A stretch of DNA of 61,592 bases, the filler included. It is 6 parts of 6 records of this genome, joined end to end, with 100 filler letters (N's around TTAATTAATTAA, not from the genome) between each part and the next. Parts side by side here need not be neighbours in the genome. Positions count along the whole stretch, not along the records: positions 26,692 to 32,474 come from SRR2962707_5449; positions 32,575 to 44,518 come from SRR2962707_5454; 4 more parts are not named here. One strand, written 5' to 3'. How positions within the stretch are numbered: position 1 is the stretch's first letter; every line of letters begins with the position of its first letter. A program made the translations under genes and the position numbers. The notes beneath the pieces are model-generated. The model worked only from the letters and a program-made list of their open reading frames with translations. It was not told the origin of the DNA and made no database searches. Below are positions 31,790 to 39,437 of this stretch, in pieces.

Positions 31790-32474
31790 TTACGCCCTCG
31801 CAATTCCGCGGGCAGCCCGCTTTTCAAGATGATTGAAGACAATCAGCGAAACCGTTGTAAATGCAAGGAACATCAACATCGCAACCAGATAGAAGGTAAA
31901 GGGTGCTTTTTCTGTCCCGGCACCAATGGCCGCTTTGCGCATGATTTCTTCGACACCAACCACAGAAATAAGGGCGGTGTCCTTGATCAGGACCTGAAAC
32001 AGGTTGTTAAGCCCCGGAAGGGCAAACCGCCAGAGTTGCGGCAACTTAATACGGATGAAAATCTGACGTGGGCTCATGCCACATGCCGTGGCGGCTTCGA
32101 TTTGGCCAAGCGGAATGGATTGCATAGCCGCACGGAACACTTCGGATGCGAAAGCACCTTGAACCAAGGCCAGTGCGGCAACGCCGGACCAGAAGGCCGG
32201 GATATCAACACGGGTTTCTTCACCCGAAATCAATTCAGCAAGGTTTTGAACGGCGATTGTTCCGCCAAAATAGATCAATAAAATAACAAGAAGCTCAGGA
32301 ATGCCCCGAATAAGAACGGTGTAGCTTTCCCCAATAAGGCGCAATGTTCGATAACGGGAAAGCTTGGCTGATGCGCCCAGCAAACCGATGATAATCATGA
32401 ATGGCAAGACGGTTAGGCAAAGTTGAACTGTAACCAGTCCCCCCTCAAGCATTTGCCAGCCGCGGCCGTATAAA
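31790..32474 (-). CDS. Polar amino acid ABC transporter permease (HisQ-like), 5' partial
   Basis: IRGIPEL, GQIEAATACGMS, IKDTALISVVG; frame open to the contig edge. Confidence 0.92.
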
Positions 32475-32574
32475 NNNNNNNNNNNNNNNNNNNNNNNNNN
32501 NNNNNNNNNNNNNNNNNNTTAATTAATTAANNNNNNNNNNNNNNNNNNNNNNNNNNNNNNNNNNNNNNNNNNNN
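32475..32574. other. Artificial contig spacer
   Basis: N-TTAATTAATTAA-N. Confidence 0.99.
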
Positions 32575-32749
32575 TTTTCATAGATTAACCATCAACCTAA
32601 GAGCATATCATCTATTGTTATTAATAAATGACATGATGAAATTAACCATTTGTGAAACTTCTAAATCTCAAATACAGAAGGGATCAGGGATGAATTAAAT
32701 GTAAGTATCTGACAGTCTTTGTGTTATAAAGAAGGGACAGGAATTGATT

Positions 32750-32787
32750 TACCCAATTCTAGGTAGTAGAATACCCAAAAATGGGTA
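32750..32787. promoter_or_regulatory. Tandem 16-bp palindromes, putative NarL/LuxR-type operator pair
   Basis: TACCCA-ATTC-TAGGTA (32750-32765) and TACCCA-AAAA-TGGGTA (32772-32787), 22 bp apart; same motif at 36204. Confidence 0.65.
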
Positions 32788-32791
32788 TTGG

Positions 32792-33451
32792 CTAAATGGC
32801 AGCAATCCCATTCTGAAATGCGAACTTCACCAGGCCAACCGCGTTTTTCGCCTTGGTTTTTTTCATGAGGTTCTTCCGATGGGTGTGAACAGTTTGCTCA
32901 CTCAAAAACAATTTCTCACCAATTTCCTTCATAGTCAGTTCCTGACAGATAAGCTGGAGGATCTCAATTTCCCGAGGACTGATATCAGCTCGTCTGGCGA
33001 CACCTTTATCCAATCCATCCTTTTGAACTTTTTTATGCAACGCTTTAGAGACAAGCTGATTGTAATAGAAGTCATTATTTACTACAGAAACGATTGCTTT
33101 GTGAACTTCATCAGGTTCTGCATTTTTAAGAAGGTAACTATGAACGCCTATTTCGATAAGGTCCGAAATAATTTGAAGTGAATCGTGCATAGAGATCATG
33201 ATGATCTTCACCTCCGGATGTTTCGCAGTAATTTTTTTAGAAGCCTCCCACCCATCCATGGTGGGCATTTCCAGATCCAGTAAAATCAAATCGAAATGAT
33301 TCTCGCTGAGTTTTTCCAAAGCTTCCTTCCCATTCTCTGCATCTTCCACATGGCCCACCTCCTCAAAAGACTCAAGAAGCATCATGGTGCCACGACGGAA
33401 TAAGGTATGGTCATCTGTGACCAGAATTTTTAGCTTATCAGGTTGACTCAT
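32792..33451 (-). CDS. NarL/LuxR-family response regulator
   Basis: ILVTDDH, LLDLEMPTMDG, YLLKNA, HTH ISPREIEIL...TVHTHRKNLMKK. Confidence 0.96.
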   Translation of the reverse strand: MSQPDKLKILVTDDHTLFRRGTMMLLESFEEVGHVEDAENGKEALEKLSENHFDLILLDLEMPTMDGWEASKKITAKHPEVKIIMISMHDSLQIISDLIEIGVHSYLLKNAEPDEVHKAIVSVVNNDFYYNQLVSKALHKKVQKDGLDKGVARRADISPREIEILQLICQELTMKEIGEKLFLSEQTVHTHRKNLMKKTKAKNAVGLVKFAFQNGIAAI

Positions 33452-33472
33452 CTCACTCGGTTGACCCTCAAA

Positions 33473-34240
33473 TTAATCAATCGAAGTGTCTATTACCAAA
33501 TCTACTTTTGCTCCGCCCGTTTTAGGATTAGAAAAAGTAGTTTTAGCGCCTATGGCCTGTGCCCGGTTTTTGATGTTTAGAAGACCAATCCCATCACTTT
33601 TTTTCAATACATCTTCGGGAAAACCTTTGCCATTGTCCGTATATGATATGATGGTATTAGAGTTTTCTCTTTTTATGGAAAGGTCAATCGCATTAGCATC
33701 TGAGTGCTTGATCGAGTTATTCAAAAGCTCCTGTACAATTCGATAAAGCATCAACGAATTTTCCTCTGAGAATTTGGGGTCCTCCCAATGTGAGATGTTG
33801 GTATGTAGTTCTTCTGAATTCACTTTTTCAAAGAGATCTTCAATGGCTTGTTTGAGCCCATATTTTTTTAAGATGATTGGCATCATCTGGTGGGAGATGG
33901 TTCTCACCTGATTTATTGTCTCATCAAGGTGTCCCAACACCGGCTTCAACACGTCTATATCCTTTTTCCGGTTGGCAACCTGTATGTTAAGTTTGATCGT
34001 TGAAAGCATGGCGCCCACACTATCATGCAATTCCGTTCCCAATCTACTTCGTTCTTCCTCTTGTGATTTCAAAGTTGCCGTAAGCATTTCTGACTGGTGC
34101 TTAGTTTCTAGCGATTGTACCTCAAGCTCATTTTCTAGCACTTTCCTACGATAGAGCAGGACAAAGAACACTACAGAAAAAGCCATAAGCATAACACCAA
34201 TGGTTCCGATGATAACAAGCAAGATGACTTTACCTTCCAC
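33473..34240 (-). CDS. Single-TM HisKA_3 histidine kinase with no sensor domain
   Basis: One N-terminal TM, then QEEERSRLGTELHDSVG, YRIVQELLNNSIKHS, DNGKGF, GIGLLNIKNRA; 255 aa, GTG start. Confidence 0.93.
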   Translation of the reverse strand: MEGKVILLVIIGTIGVMLMAFSVVFFVLLYRRKVLENELEVQSLETKHQSEMLTATLKSQEEERSRLGTELHDSVGAMLSTIKLNIQVANRKKDIDVLKPVLGHLDETINQVRTISHQMMPIILKKYGLKQAIEDLFEKVNSEELHTNISHWEDPKFSEENSLMLYRIVQELLNNSIKHSDANAIDLSIKRENSNTIISYTDNGKGFPEDVLKKSDGIGLLNIKNRAQAIGAKTTFSNPKTGGAKVDLVIDTSID

Positions 34241-34260
34241 AGTGACAAATTAAAAATTTA

Positions 34261-34953
34261 TTACTCGAAATCCTTGGATGGATTCAGTAATGGATCATAA
34301 CGATCCATGTGAAGGAGCACTAAAACATAGAAGAGGAGATAGTTTTTTGAAGTGTTTGCTAATAAATTAATTACAGAAATTGGAGTATACTGCTCCGCTG
34401 TAATTCCCAGGTCAAATACCAGATACTTTACAAATAAGTTTTTCAAGAAAGTGAAGGAATAGTATCCAAAGAAAGCAGTGATCAGATAAAAGCTCGGAGC
34501 TTTGGAAAGTTGAACGTTGGATTTATTTAGCAACTTCAAATAGCCTAAAACAGAAAGTGCAATGAATACAACACCTGAAAAGGTTGTTGTTATCACGTTA
34601 TGTTCATAAAAGGAATAGAGGTATATAAATGAAGGGACTGTGAGGACTACAAAAAGAGCAATCAGAAGCTTAATGAGTTTGATCTTCTCCGGAAGAATTT
34701 TCATAAAGCACCATGACATCAAAAAATAGTTCATAATTACCCACCAGTTACTTCCGATGTAGCTGTTTGGATAGAAGTATTTGATGAAAATGTAGATTCC
34801 AAAATCAAAAGAAAATGAAACAAATACGATATAAAAAATAATGGCTTTAACTGTCTTCCATTCTTTGATGAAGAATAGGAAATACAAAACCGCTGGTAGA
34901 CCAGAAAAGCGGTTAACCATATAAAACAAATCCATGAAGTCAGAGGTAGTCAA
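34261..34953 (-). CDS. ~7-TM membrane protein, paralog 2 (putative receptor/sensor subunit)
   Basis: About seven hydrophobic segments; shares SFxxD, PNSYI, NYFLMxWxFxKILP, INLLANTxKN with 35061-35741; start uncertain (TTG or the ATG six codons in). Confidence 0.8.
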   Translation of the reverse strand: MTTSDFMDLFYMVNRFSGLPAVLYFLFFIKEWKTVKAIIFYIVFVSFSFDFGIYIFIKYFYPNSYIGSNWWVIMNYFLMSWCFMKILPEKIKLIKLLIALFVVLTVPSFIYLYSFYEHNVITTTFSGVVFIALSVLGYLKLLNKSNVQLSKAPSFYLITAFFGYYSFTFLKNLFVKYLVFDLGITAEQYTPISVINLLANTSKNYLLFYVLVLLHMDRYDPLLNPSKDFE

Positions 34954-34956
34954 AGC

Positions 34957-35064
34957 TTACTTTTTAGACTCGTAAGCTTTGGAAAAAGCAACCAAAAACC
35001 AAACAACGCCTCCGAAAATAAGCGCCGTTCCATACACCACGATATTTACTATAATATCAATCAT
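34957..35064 (-). CDS. 35-aa single-TM small protein (not in ORF track)
   Basis: MIDIIVNIVVYGTALIFGGVVWFLVAFSKAYESKK; ATGA overlap with the upstream stop; fills the gap to the next gene. Confidence 0.65.
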   Translation of the reverse strand: MIDIIVNIVVYGTALIFGGVVWFLVAFSKAYESKK

Positions 35065-35741
35065 TTGGTTTTGACAGGTTTTATGGTGTCTGGGTGGCCT
35101 TTGTCTATGAGGATAAGCGTGTAGAAGAGAATGAAGTTTTTAGTTGTATTAGCCAGTAAATTAATTATGTGAATTATTCGATAGGCAGTTTTAGATATTT
35201 CTTGATCGAAAATCAAATAATTGTCAAAGATGCTCTGAAGTAGTATTATGCTATGAAAAACAAAAAAGGAAGTAACCATCCAAAAAATAGGTTGACTTTT
35301 TAGTTGACCTGATGGATTTCTGAGAAGCTCGTAATAGGTAATTAAGGACAAGAAGACGAAGCTTAAATCACTTATTAAATACAAAACAGTATTTGGCTCT
35401 AAAAATGAATAAATCCAAAAACTGACAACTGCTGCGCAAGCAAAAACAACGGAAAGCAGTTTTAGAATGTTAATGGATGAGGGTAATATTTTCTTGAAAA
35501 GCCAAAGCATCAAGAAATAATTGAAAATAAGCCAAATGTTGTTGATGATGTAGCTATTAGGAAAGACCAGACGGATAAAGAAATAATTAATATTGTCTGC
35601 TAAAAACGAAAGAAATAAGACAGAAAAGATGATAAAAAAGACACTATTCGTCTTCTTATCTCTTCTGAAGAAAAAGAACAGAAGCCCCGGTATTGCCGAG
35701 GCTCCATTTATTTCTAATAACCAATGATGTAATGTTTCCAA
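35061..35741 (-). CDS. ~7-TM membrane protein, paralog 1 (putative receptor/sensor subunit)
   Basis: About seven hydrophobic segments; clear paralog of 34261-34953. Confidence 0.82.
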   Translation of the reverse strand: METLHHWLLEINGASAIPGLLFFFFRRDKKTNSVFFIIFSVLFLSFLADNINYFFIRLVFPNSYIINNIWLIFNYFLMLWLFKKILPSSINILKLLSVVFACAAVVSFWIYSFLEPNTVLYLISDLSFVFLSLITYYELLRNPSGQLKSQPIFWMVTSFFVFHSIILLQSIFDNYLIFDQEISKTAYRIIHIINLLANTTKNFILFYTLILIDKGHPDTIKPVKTK

Positions 35742-35756
35742 TTTATCTTGTAGAAT

Positions 35757-36116
35757 TTACCCAATACCATCTGGACAAACCGGTGGACATTTTTGTCCGG
35801 AATTTGCCGGATCATCCTCATCTCTTGTATTAATTTTCGCCGCAGCGCCTAAGGACTTCATTTTTTTATCCAGAATATTACCATCAGCATCCGCAGGGAA
35901 AAGCACTAGACACTCTTCATTATTGTCATTCAGTCCTTTAAATATCCAAATGCCATCAGAGCCAGGATAATTACACAGTTTTTCCAGGATATCTCTTCCA
36001 TATAAGTATCCGTTGAGCTCGGCATCCGGGTTCGCCTTTTGATAATCCTTTACCCACTTTTTGGCCTTTGTCTTATCCATCGTACTGCCAATCTTTTTTA
36101 CATCTTTTTTTGCCAT
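35757..36116 (-). CDS. 119-aa soluble protein with C-terminal CPPVC motif (candidate signal precursor)
   Basis: No signal peptide; ...YGRDILEKL...GIWIFKG...LVLFPADADGNIL...NSGQKCPPVCPDGIG; first gene of the operon. Confidence 0.82.
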   Translation of the reverse strand: MAKKDVKKIGSTMDKTKAKKWVKDYQKANPDAELNGYLYGRDILEKLCNYPGSDGIWIFKGLNDNNEECLVLFPADADGNILDKKMKSLGAAAKINTRDEDDPANSGQKCPPVCPDGIG

Positions 36117-36145
36117 GTTATATTAAGGTTTAGTTGGTTTGAAGA

Positions 36146-36176
36146 CAATGGTAGCTTGATCTTCATTTTAATCAAA
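36146..36176 (-). promoter_or_regulatory. Bacteroidota sigma-A-type promoter of the signalling operon
   Basis: Minus strand TTTG (36176-36173), 19-nt spacer, TACCATTG (36153-36146); one mismatch to TAnnTTTG. Confidence 0.65.
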
Positions 36177-36203
36177 GAAGAGTGTAAGAAAAGGAATGAA
36201 AAA

Positions 36204-36219
36204 TACCCAAAAGTGGGTA
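36204..36219. promoter_or_regulatory. 16-bp palindrome, putative operator of the NarL-type regulator
   Basis: TACCCA-AAAG-TGGGTA; resembles the NarL 7-2-7 architecture; equidistant from two divergent -7 boxes. Confidence 0.68.
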
Positions 36220-36269
36220 GGGAGAGAGGGATGAAAAGCCAGAAATTAGATCAAAACTGAAGAAGCAAC

Positions 36270-36277
36270 TATATTTG
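36270..36277 (+). promoter_or_regulatory. Bacteroidota -7 promoter element
   Basis: TATATTTG, a perfect TAnnTTTG, 26 nt upstream of ATG36304. Confidence 0.6.
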
Positions 36278-36303
36278 CTCTCCACTTAAAAATTGATCAA
36301 AAG

Positions 36304-36411
36304 ATGGCAATGCTAGGAATAATTATCGGACTGTTTGTGTTGGCAATTCTTTGCCCATTTATCTTACCAAACAAAGCGGTAAGCAAACACAAAGGAGATC
36401 ACGTAGAGTAA
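36304..36411 (+). CDS. 35-aa single-TM small protein (not in ORF track)
   Basis: MAMLGIIIGLFVLAILCPFILPNKAVSKHKGDHVE; own -7 box and A-rich leader. Confidence 0.6.
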   Translation: MAMLGIIIGLFVLAILCPFILPNKAVSKHKGDHVE

Positions 36412-36418
36412 GAAAAGA

Positions 36419-36547
36419 TTAATTCTTTTTCTGGTTTTCTTTTCGGGCATTTACAAATGCTAACGCGTGAGCAAACGCCACTAAAAAGATCACAATATTT
36501 ACAAAAATGTTAACGCCTTCGGTTACTGCTGGATTCGTTAAGTTCAT
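36419..36547 (-). CDS. 42-aa single-TM small protein (not in ORF track)
   Basis: MNLTNPAVTEGVNIFVNIVIFLVAFAHALAFVNARKENQKKN; hydrophobic core plus basic tail. Confidence 0.5.
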   Translation of the reverse strand: MNLTNPAVTEGVNIFVNIVIFLVAFAHALAFVNARKENQKKN

Positions 36548-36587
36548 CTGTATAGTTTCTTTTGTTTGCGCTTCATTCTTAGAAGCA

Positions 36588-37739
36588 TTATGATGCGAAG
36601 ATAGGTTCTTTCATCGCTTTCAGCAATTTTCTTACATCCAATTCGTCGTTATAAACATTAGGGGATATCCTAATGGCATCTCCTCGTAGACTTACACTCA
36701 CCCGGTGCTTTTTCAATGATTGCTGGAGCAACTCCTGATCTACACTCTTCGGAAGTCGTACACCAAACAAATGATTAGCGCGCCACGCTCCTTCTTCAAT
36801 GATGTAGCCCATTGCTTTCATTTCAGCAATTGCATCAACCATCAAGTCATGCGTGTATTGCTGAATATTTTCAGGGGACCATTTAAGTATCTGTTTGATA
36901 GCCTGATGTAGCATAGGGACCAAAATAAAATTGCTGTGCTCACCCACCTCGTACCTTAAAGCTTGTTCGCGATAGTCCTCTTGATAATTGACTAATTGCG
37001 CAAAGTCTTCACTGTTCTTTCTGTTGATCCAGTTTTCTTCCAAAGGAGTGCCTCCATCGAAAGCGGACCCGTAATAAGCCAGGCCTATCGAATATGGTCC
37101 CAAAAGCCATTTATATCCTGCACAAATAAGTGCATCAGGCCGAATGTCTTTAACGCTAAAAGGTAATGCACCTACCGACTGTGTCCCATCGATGATAAGC
37201 AAGCCACCCACTTCGTCAAGTTTTTCCCGGATCTTTTTCAGTTGAAATAACGTGCCATCAGACCAATGCACATGCCCAATGGCTACAACTCTCGTTTCTT
37301 CGTCAATGGACGCTAAAATTTTTTCATTCCAGCTTTCACCTCTCTTGGCACTGTCTGTAGGTGAAATGACATTAATAGAAATACCTTTTTCTTTTAACTT
37401 CAACCACGGATAAACATTGCTTGGAAATTGTGCTTGTGCCAATAGTATTTCTCCATCTTTGAATGGAATGTTTTGTGTAACGTTCGCTAATCCATAAGAA
37501 GCCGATGGAACAATCACCACCCTATTTGGCTCATCATTGACTATAAGCTTGGAAAAGATTCGTCTCAATTGGTCACTTTCTTTGAAAAAATCTTCTCCTG
37601 AGATTTTTGCCGGATTCCTTTTCTGTTTTAATCCGGCAACTCCGGCCTTTTCCACTTTTTTCATCAGTGGCGACATGTAAGCACAGTTTAGGTATGCGTT
37701 TTTACGTTGGAGCAAAAATTTTTGTCGCTGACATTTCAT
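36588..37739 (-). CDS. Class V PLP-dependent aminotransferase / cysteine desulfurase-like
   Basis: YLNCAYMSP, QFPSN, IDGTQSVG, AGYKWLLGP (PLP lysine), IRISPNVYN. Confidence 0.92.
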   Translation of the reverse strand: MKCQRQKFLLQRKNAYLNCAYMSPLMKKVEKAGVAGLKQKRNPAKISGEDFFKESDQLRRIFSKLIVNDEPNRVVIVPSASYGLANVTQNIPFKDGEILLAQAQFPSNVYPWLKLKEKGISINVISPTDSAKRGESWNEKILASIDEETRVVAIGHVHWSDGTLFQLKKIREKLDEVGGLLIIDGTQSVGALPFSVKDIRPDALICAGYKWLLGPYSIGLAYYGSAFDGGTPLEENWINRKNSEDFAQLVNYQEDYREQALRYEVGEHSNFILVPMLHQAIKQILKWSPENIQQYTHDLMVDAIAEMKAMGYIIEEGAWRANHLFGVRLPKSVDQELLQQSLKKHRVSVSLRGDAIRISPNVYNDELDVRKLLKAMKEPIFAS

Positions 37740-37755
37740 GAGTTATAATTACTAT

Positions 37756-38073
37756 ATGACATTCAAGATATTGGATTCTGAACAAAAGGCAGAGGCTTTT
37801 TTTGAAGATGGTGTACCCAAATTAATCAGAGTGCAAGAAAAGGAGATATGCATAGTACGAAAGGGGAAAAAGTACTATGCGTTTGATAATGCCTGTCCAC
37901 ACATGGGGGCTAAACTCCATCAAGGAAACACCAATCCTTTCTACGAAATTGTATGTCCCCTACACACCTATCGTTTTCACATGAAGACAGGTGAGGAATC
38001 CAATAAAAGATGCAGACCCATGAAAACGTATTATGTCCACTCTAATGAAGGTGGTCTTTTTATTGATTGCTGA
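37756..38073 (+). CDS. Rieske [2Fe-2S] ferredoxin
   Basis: CPHMG...VCPLH ligand boxes; start set at ATG37756 to avoid overlap with the divergent gene. Confidence 0.88.
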   Translation: MTFKILDSEQKAEAFFEDGVPKLIRVQEKEICIVRKGKKYYAFDNACPHMGAKLHQGNTNPFYEIVCPLHTYRFHMKTGEESNKRCRPMKTYYVHSNEGGLFIDC

Positions 38074-38076
38074 GAG

Positions 38077-39273
38077 TTATCCGATTCGGAAGAACTTAAC
38101 TACACCAACTAACCAATCAGCTATACTCTGTGCAACTTCATTTCCTGACCCTCGTCCTACTATATACAGGACAAACAGCACATAAATGCTCAACAATAAG
38201 TAAGATTTACGCTTGCCAAAGTAACTACCGCTTGTAAAGATGATTACTGCCAGTACTGTAAGCAACCAGAGTAAGAACCGTAGCTCACTACTGAGATCCA
38301 CAATCTCAGGAGGCATTTGAATCGGACCATTGATGATGGTGAAAATGAATAGAGGGAAACCTAATGCAAAGCAAATGTCGAAAATGTTGCTACCAAGTGC
38401 GTTTGAGATTGCGTCATCGTACTGCCCTCTTTTGGCATCTTTTATTGAAATGATCGTGTCAGGAAAGCTCGAGGCTGCAGATGCCAAAATGAGCGCAACA
38501 AACATTACCGGAATGTTTAATCCATTAAACTCACCCAGCCCAGCTACCTGGTAGGTATCCGAACCAATCCACTCACAGGCTAAAACCAGGAAGTAACAGA
38601 CAAGCGCAATCGAGATGGTAGAAAAAACCAAAAGAGACCAGGCTCTGCGGTTACTTATGGCATTATTGCCAATAAAGACACGCTCCAGATCAAATGTGAT
38701 GAGTCCCTTTAAGAAAGGACCTTGCGGTTCTTCAGGGCTTTCAAATACATCTTCGTCCAGATGGCCTTCCTCCAGAAGTTCTTCGCGCTCCGATTTTTTC
38801 ATCGTTGCAAACATGTAAACGATGTAAACAACATAAACAAGCATGAGCAACATGCCGTGGTACCAGTATAATGTGGATCCGCTAATCAAAATGAGGAAGA
38901 TCAGTTCAGCAATAATCAATGCAATCCCGTCTCTCAACAAGACTTTTCGCGATACCTCTACTCGCTTGGTCATTTTCATCCCTATCACTGCAAGCACTGC
39001 AACAGCAGGAATTACCATACCATTAAAAATGGCGCTACCTGCCGTGGTTCCAATTCCTCCTGAAAAACCTTCAGCGTCAGTTAGGACAAATAAGAAGAAC
39101 AACGAAGTAAATACCTCCGGCATGGAGCTGGCGATGGCGTTGATAGTTGCACCTCTTACACCTTCAGAGAGATTTCTGCCAATGAATTCAGATGCTGTCA
39201 TAAAGCCGTCTCCGGCTCTCCAGATTATTATGCAACAAAACGTTATTAGGAGTAGGGGGATGATTATGCCCAT
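38077..39273 (-). CDS. Na+/Ca2+ antiporter (CaCA family)
   Basis: Alpha repeats GATINAIASSMPE...GSAIFN and ASSFPD...LGSNIFD. Confidence 0.93.
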   Translation of the reverse strand: MGIIIPLLLITFCCIIIWRAGDGFMTASEFIGRNLSEGVRGATINAIASSMPEVFTSLFFLFVLTDAEGFSGGIGTTAGSAIFNGMVIPAVAVLAVIGMKMTKRVEVSRKVLLRDGIALIIAELIFLILISGSTLYWYHGMLLMLVYVVYIVYMFATMKKSEREELLEEGHLDEDVFESPEEPQGPFLKGLITFDLERVFIGNNAISNRRAWSLLVFSTISIALVCYFLVLACEWIGSDTYQVAGLGEFNGLNIPVMFVALILASAASSFPDTIISIKDAKRGQYDDAISNALGSNIFDICFALGFPLFIFTIINGPIQMPPEIVDLSSELRFLLWLLTVLAVIIFTSGSYFGKRKSYLLLSIYVLFVLYIVGRGSGNEVAQSIADWLVGVVKFFRIG

Positions 39274-39437
39274 GTATATTTTATTCGTTCAGTGTTTAAA
39301 GCGGTGACTCTTTTAGCTGGAGAAGGCCTAAATTAACAAAGATTTCATTCAGGCAAACAAGTTCCACTATCTTTTATCATCAGATAAGTCAACTTCAAAC
39401 TGGTTTTGTCTAATTTTTCGGCTCAAAAGAAGCGTGT

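Noticed and set aside
26741-32474. deoC-deoB with DsbA, M14 hydrolase and ABC permeases as a novel pathway
   Set aside because: Ordinary housekeeping and catabolic genes, with no evidence of a shared new function.
32770-32789. AATACCCA-AAAA-TGGGTATT as the operon's intrinsic terminator
   Set aside because: No U-tract follows on the coding strand, and the same motif recurs at 32750 and 36204 where no terminator is expected. An operator is the better explanation, though a dual role is not excluded.
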